This document shows, piece by piece, positions 43,423-44,957 of a DNA stretch of 44,957 nucleotides; position 1 is the first letter of the stretch, and each line of letters opens with the position of its first letter. The stretch covers positions 1 to 44,957 of the forward strand of contig JBHCAF010000111.1 in the NCBI GenBank assembly GCA_041798185.1, read 5' to 3'. The DNA comes from Bacillota bacterium. GTDB lineage: Bacteria > Bacillota > Clostridia > Peptostreptococcales > Anaerovoracaceae. The notes under the pieces were generated by a model. That model was not told the DNA's origin. It ran no database searches and worked only from the letters and a program-made list of their open reading frames with translations. The position numbers were made by a program, and so were the translations under genes.

Positions 43423-44957
43423 CCTTTGATCACAATATTGACAAGCTTGCCCGGCACGGCGATGACCTTGACAGGCTCTTTACCGCCTGTAAGAACAGCT
43501 ACCTTGTCATCAGCCATAACGGTTTGCGAAAGCTCGTCTCCTGAAAGCCCTGCGGGCACATTGAGTCTGTCTCTCACCTTACCGTTGATCTGAATCACTA
43601 TCTCAACACTTTCTCTGGCCAGAGCGCTCTCGTCAAAGGCAGGCCAGGCCGCCTTGCAGACGGAGCCCTGCATACCGAGCCCGTGCCAAAGCTCTTCGGC
43701 TATATGCGGCACAAAAGGCGCGAGCAGCAAAACGAGCTTCTCGGACGCGTCTCGTAAAAGACCCATATTCACATCACAAAGCTCCTTGTAGCGATACATC
43801 TCGTTTACGAGCTCCATGACTGCCGATACAGCCGTGTTGAAATTAAATCTCTTGCTGATGTCGTCGGACACGCGCCTGACCGTATTGTTAAGAATATAGC
43901 CAAGCTGCTTGTCGTCCTCAGTTTCAAGCTTATAGACAGCGGGTATGCCCTGCGTGTCTTCAGCCATTTCATATATCAATCTGTATACACGGTTGAGGAA
44001 TTTATAAGAACCCTCAACGCCCGTATCAGACCATTCCAATTCTCTTTCGGGCGGCGCGGCGAAGAGTATGAAGAGTCTCGCCGTATCCGCTCCGTATTTT
44101 TCGATTATCTCCTCGGGAGACACAACATTGCCTACGGACTTGCTCATCTTTGTGCCGTCCTTAAGCACCATGCCCTGAGTCAGAAGCCTTGTGAAAGGCT
44201 CCTCCGACTCTACCATCCCAAGATCGTGCAGTACCTTTGTAAAAAATCTCGCGTACATAAGATGGAGTATCGCGTGCTCAACTCCGCCTATATACTGATC
44301 GACCGCCATCCAGTATTTCGCCTTTTCTTTTGAAAACGCTTCATTATCGTTTTTCGCGTCGCAGTATCTCAAAAAATACCACGAGGAATCAAGGAAGGTG
44401 TCCATTGTATCGACCTCCCGTTTCGCGGGTCTTCCGCACACTGGGCAAGTCGTATTCACAAAGCTCTTTGAGCTCATGATCGGAGATTCGCCCTTGCCGG
44501 TGAACTCGATATCAGCCGGAAGCCTTACGGGAAGATTCTCTTCCTTCTCGGGAACCCAGCCGCAGCTTTCGCAGTATATCATCGGTATCGGAGTCCCCCA
44601 GTAGCGCTGGCGCGATATGAGCCAGTCTCTGAGCTTGAAATTCTTGGTCTTCTTCGCTATACCGAGAGAAGCATAGTGCTCTCCTATCGCTTTTATAGCC
44701 TCGGTATTCGGCATACCGTTATATTCGCCGGAGTTTATCATAACGCCCTCGGCCTCGACCGCCGCTTCGAGAGAATCAAGATCCTCTCCCGTGCCCGCGT
44801 CTACTACCGCGACTATGGGAAGATCGAATTTAGCCGCAAATTCGAAATCCCTCTGATCATGAGCCGGAACGCCCATAACTATGCCCGTGCCGTAGCCCAT
44901 GAGAACATAGTCGGCAAGATAGATCGGGACATCCTTTCCGTTGACGGGGTTTACGGC
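43419..44957 (-). CDS. leuS: Leucine--tRNA ligase, C-terminal ~513 codons (5' end outside the window)
   Basis: The frame is open to the window edge. 'RQRYWG.PIP', 'DTMDTF.DSSWY..RY', 'DQYIGG.EHAILHL.YARF', 'KMSKS', anticodon-binding C-terminus. Confidence 0.96.
   Translation of the reverse strand, partial: AVNPVNGKDVPIYLADYVLMGYGTGIVMGVPAHDQRDFEFAAKFDLPIVAVVDAGTGEDLDSLEAAVEAEGVMINSGEYNGMPNTEAIKAIGEHYASLGIAKKTKNFKLRDWLISRQRYWGTPIPMIYCESCGWVPEKEENLPVRLPADIEFTGKGESPIMSSKSFVNTTCPVCGRPAKREVDTMDTFLDSSWYFLRYCDAKNDNEAFSKEKAKYWMAVDQYIGGVEHAILHLMYARFFTKVLHDLGMVESEEPFTRLLTQGMVLKDGTKMSKSVGNVVSPEEIIEKYGADTARLFILFAAPPERELEWSDTGVEGSYKFLNRVYRLIYEMAEDTQGIPAVYKLETEDDKQLGYILNNTVRRVSDDISKRFNFNTAVSAVMELVNEMYRYKELCDVNMGLLRDASEKLVLLLAPFVPHIAEELWHGLGMQGSVCKAAWPAFDESALARESVEIVIQINGKVRDRLNVPAGLSGDELSQTVMADDKVAVLTGGKEPVKVIAVPGKLVNIVIKG

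Noticed and set aside
1-44957. CRISPR arrays, rRNA/tRNA genes, IS elements, toxin-antitoxin pairs, recognisable multi-gene defence systems
   Set aside because: No spacer-repeat periodicity, no cloverleaf-capable intergenic segments (all spacers are under ~220 bp and otherwise explained), no transposase-like ORFs, and no small adjacent ORF pairs of toxin-antitoxin type were seen on either strand.

Overview
About 45 kb of dense, mostly housekeeping chromosome from a Firmicute, most likely a member of the Clostridia. Supporting this: Gram-positive GAAC-N4-GTTC LexA boxes; IreB, YlbF, RNase J, Asp23, YugP and a YneA-like LysM protein; and the gene orders ftsK-rimO-pgsA-recA and asp23-nusB-...-xseA-xseB-ispA-dxs-tlyA. 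The species cannot be named without a database search.

The left ~26 kb is on the + strand: ftsK', rimO, pgsA, recA, Mrr-like nuclease, yugP, rplU, rpmA, obg, YibE/F, lipoprotein, comEA, DUF896, mnmA, alaS, ireB, miaA, tyrosine recombinase, ynbB, M32 carboxypeptidase, YneA-like, arginase, tex, radical SAM, GNAT, unknown, SprT-GIY-YIG. The right ~19 kb is on the - strand: HAD, ruvX, mutL, mutS, tlyA, dxs, ispA, xseB, xseA, TsaD-like, nusB, asp23, mltG, efp, pepP, ylbF, rnj, leuS'. Many neighbouring genes overlap by 1-29 nt. I saw no rRNA, tRNA, CRISPR array, transposase or prophage block.

The window is not an obvious defence or mobile island. The most interesting items are:
- an SOS-type promoter with three LexA boxes driving a small TM+LysM (YneA-like) gene;
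- a membrane-anchored Mrr/PD-(D/E)xK nuclease overlapping the recA stop behind a LexA-boxed promoter;
- a small accessory cluster (GNAT, an unknown ORF bracketed by a perfect 22-bp direct repeat, and a SprT-like metalloprotease fused to a GIY-YIG nuclease);
- a tyrosine recombinase embedded in a housekeeping operon;
- a divergent TsaD/Kae1 paralog inside the nusB-xseAB operon;
- L21 with a C-terminal HeH/SAP-like tail.

All protein calls rest on motif recognition by eye and on synteny. No homology search was run.
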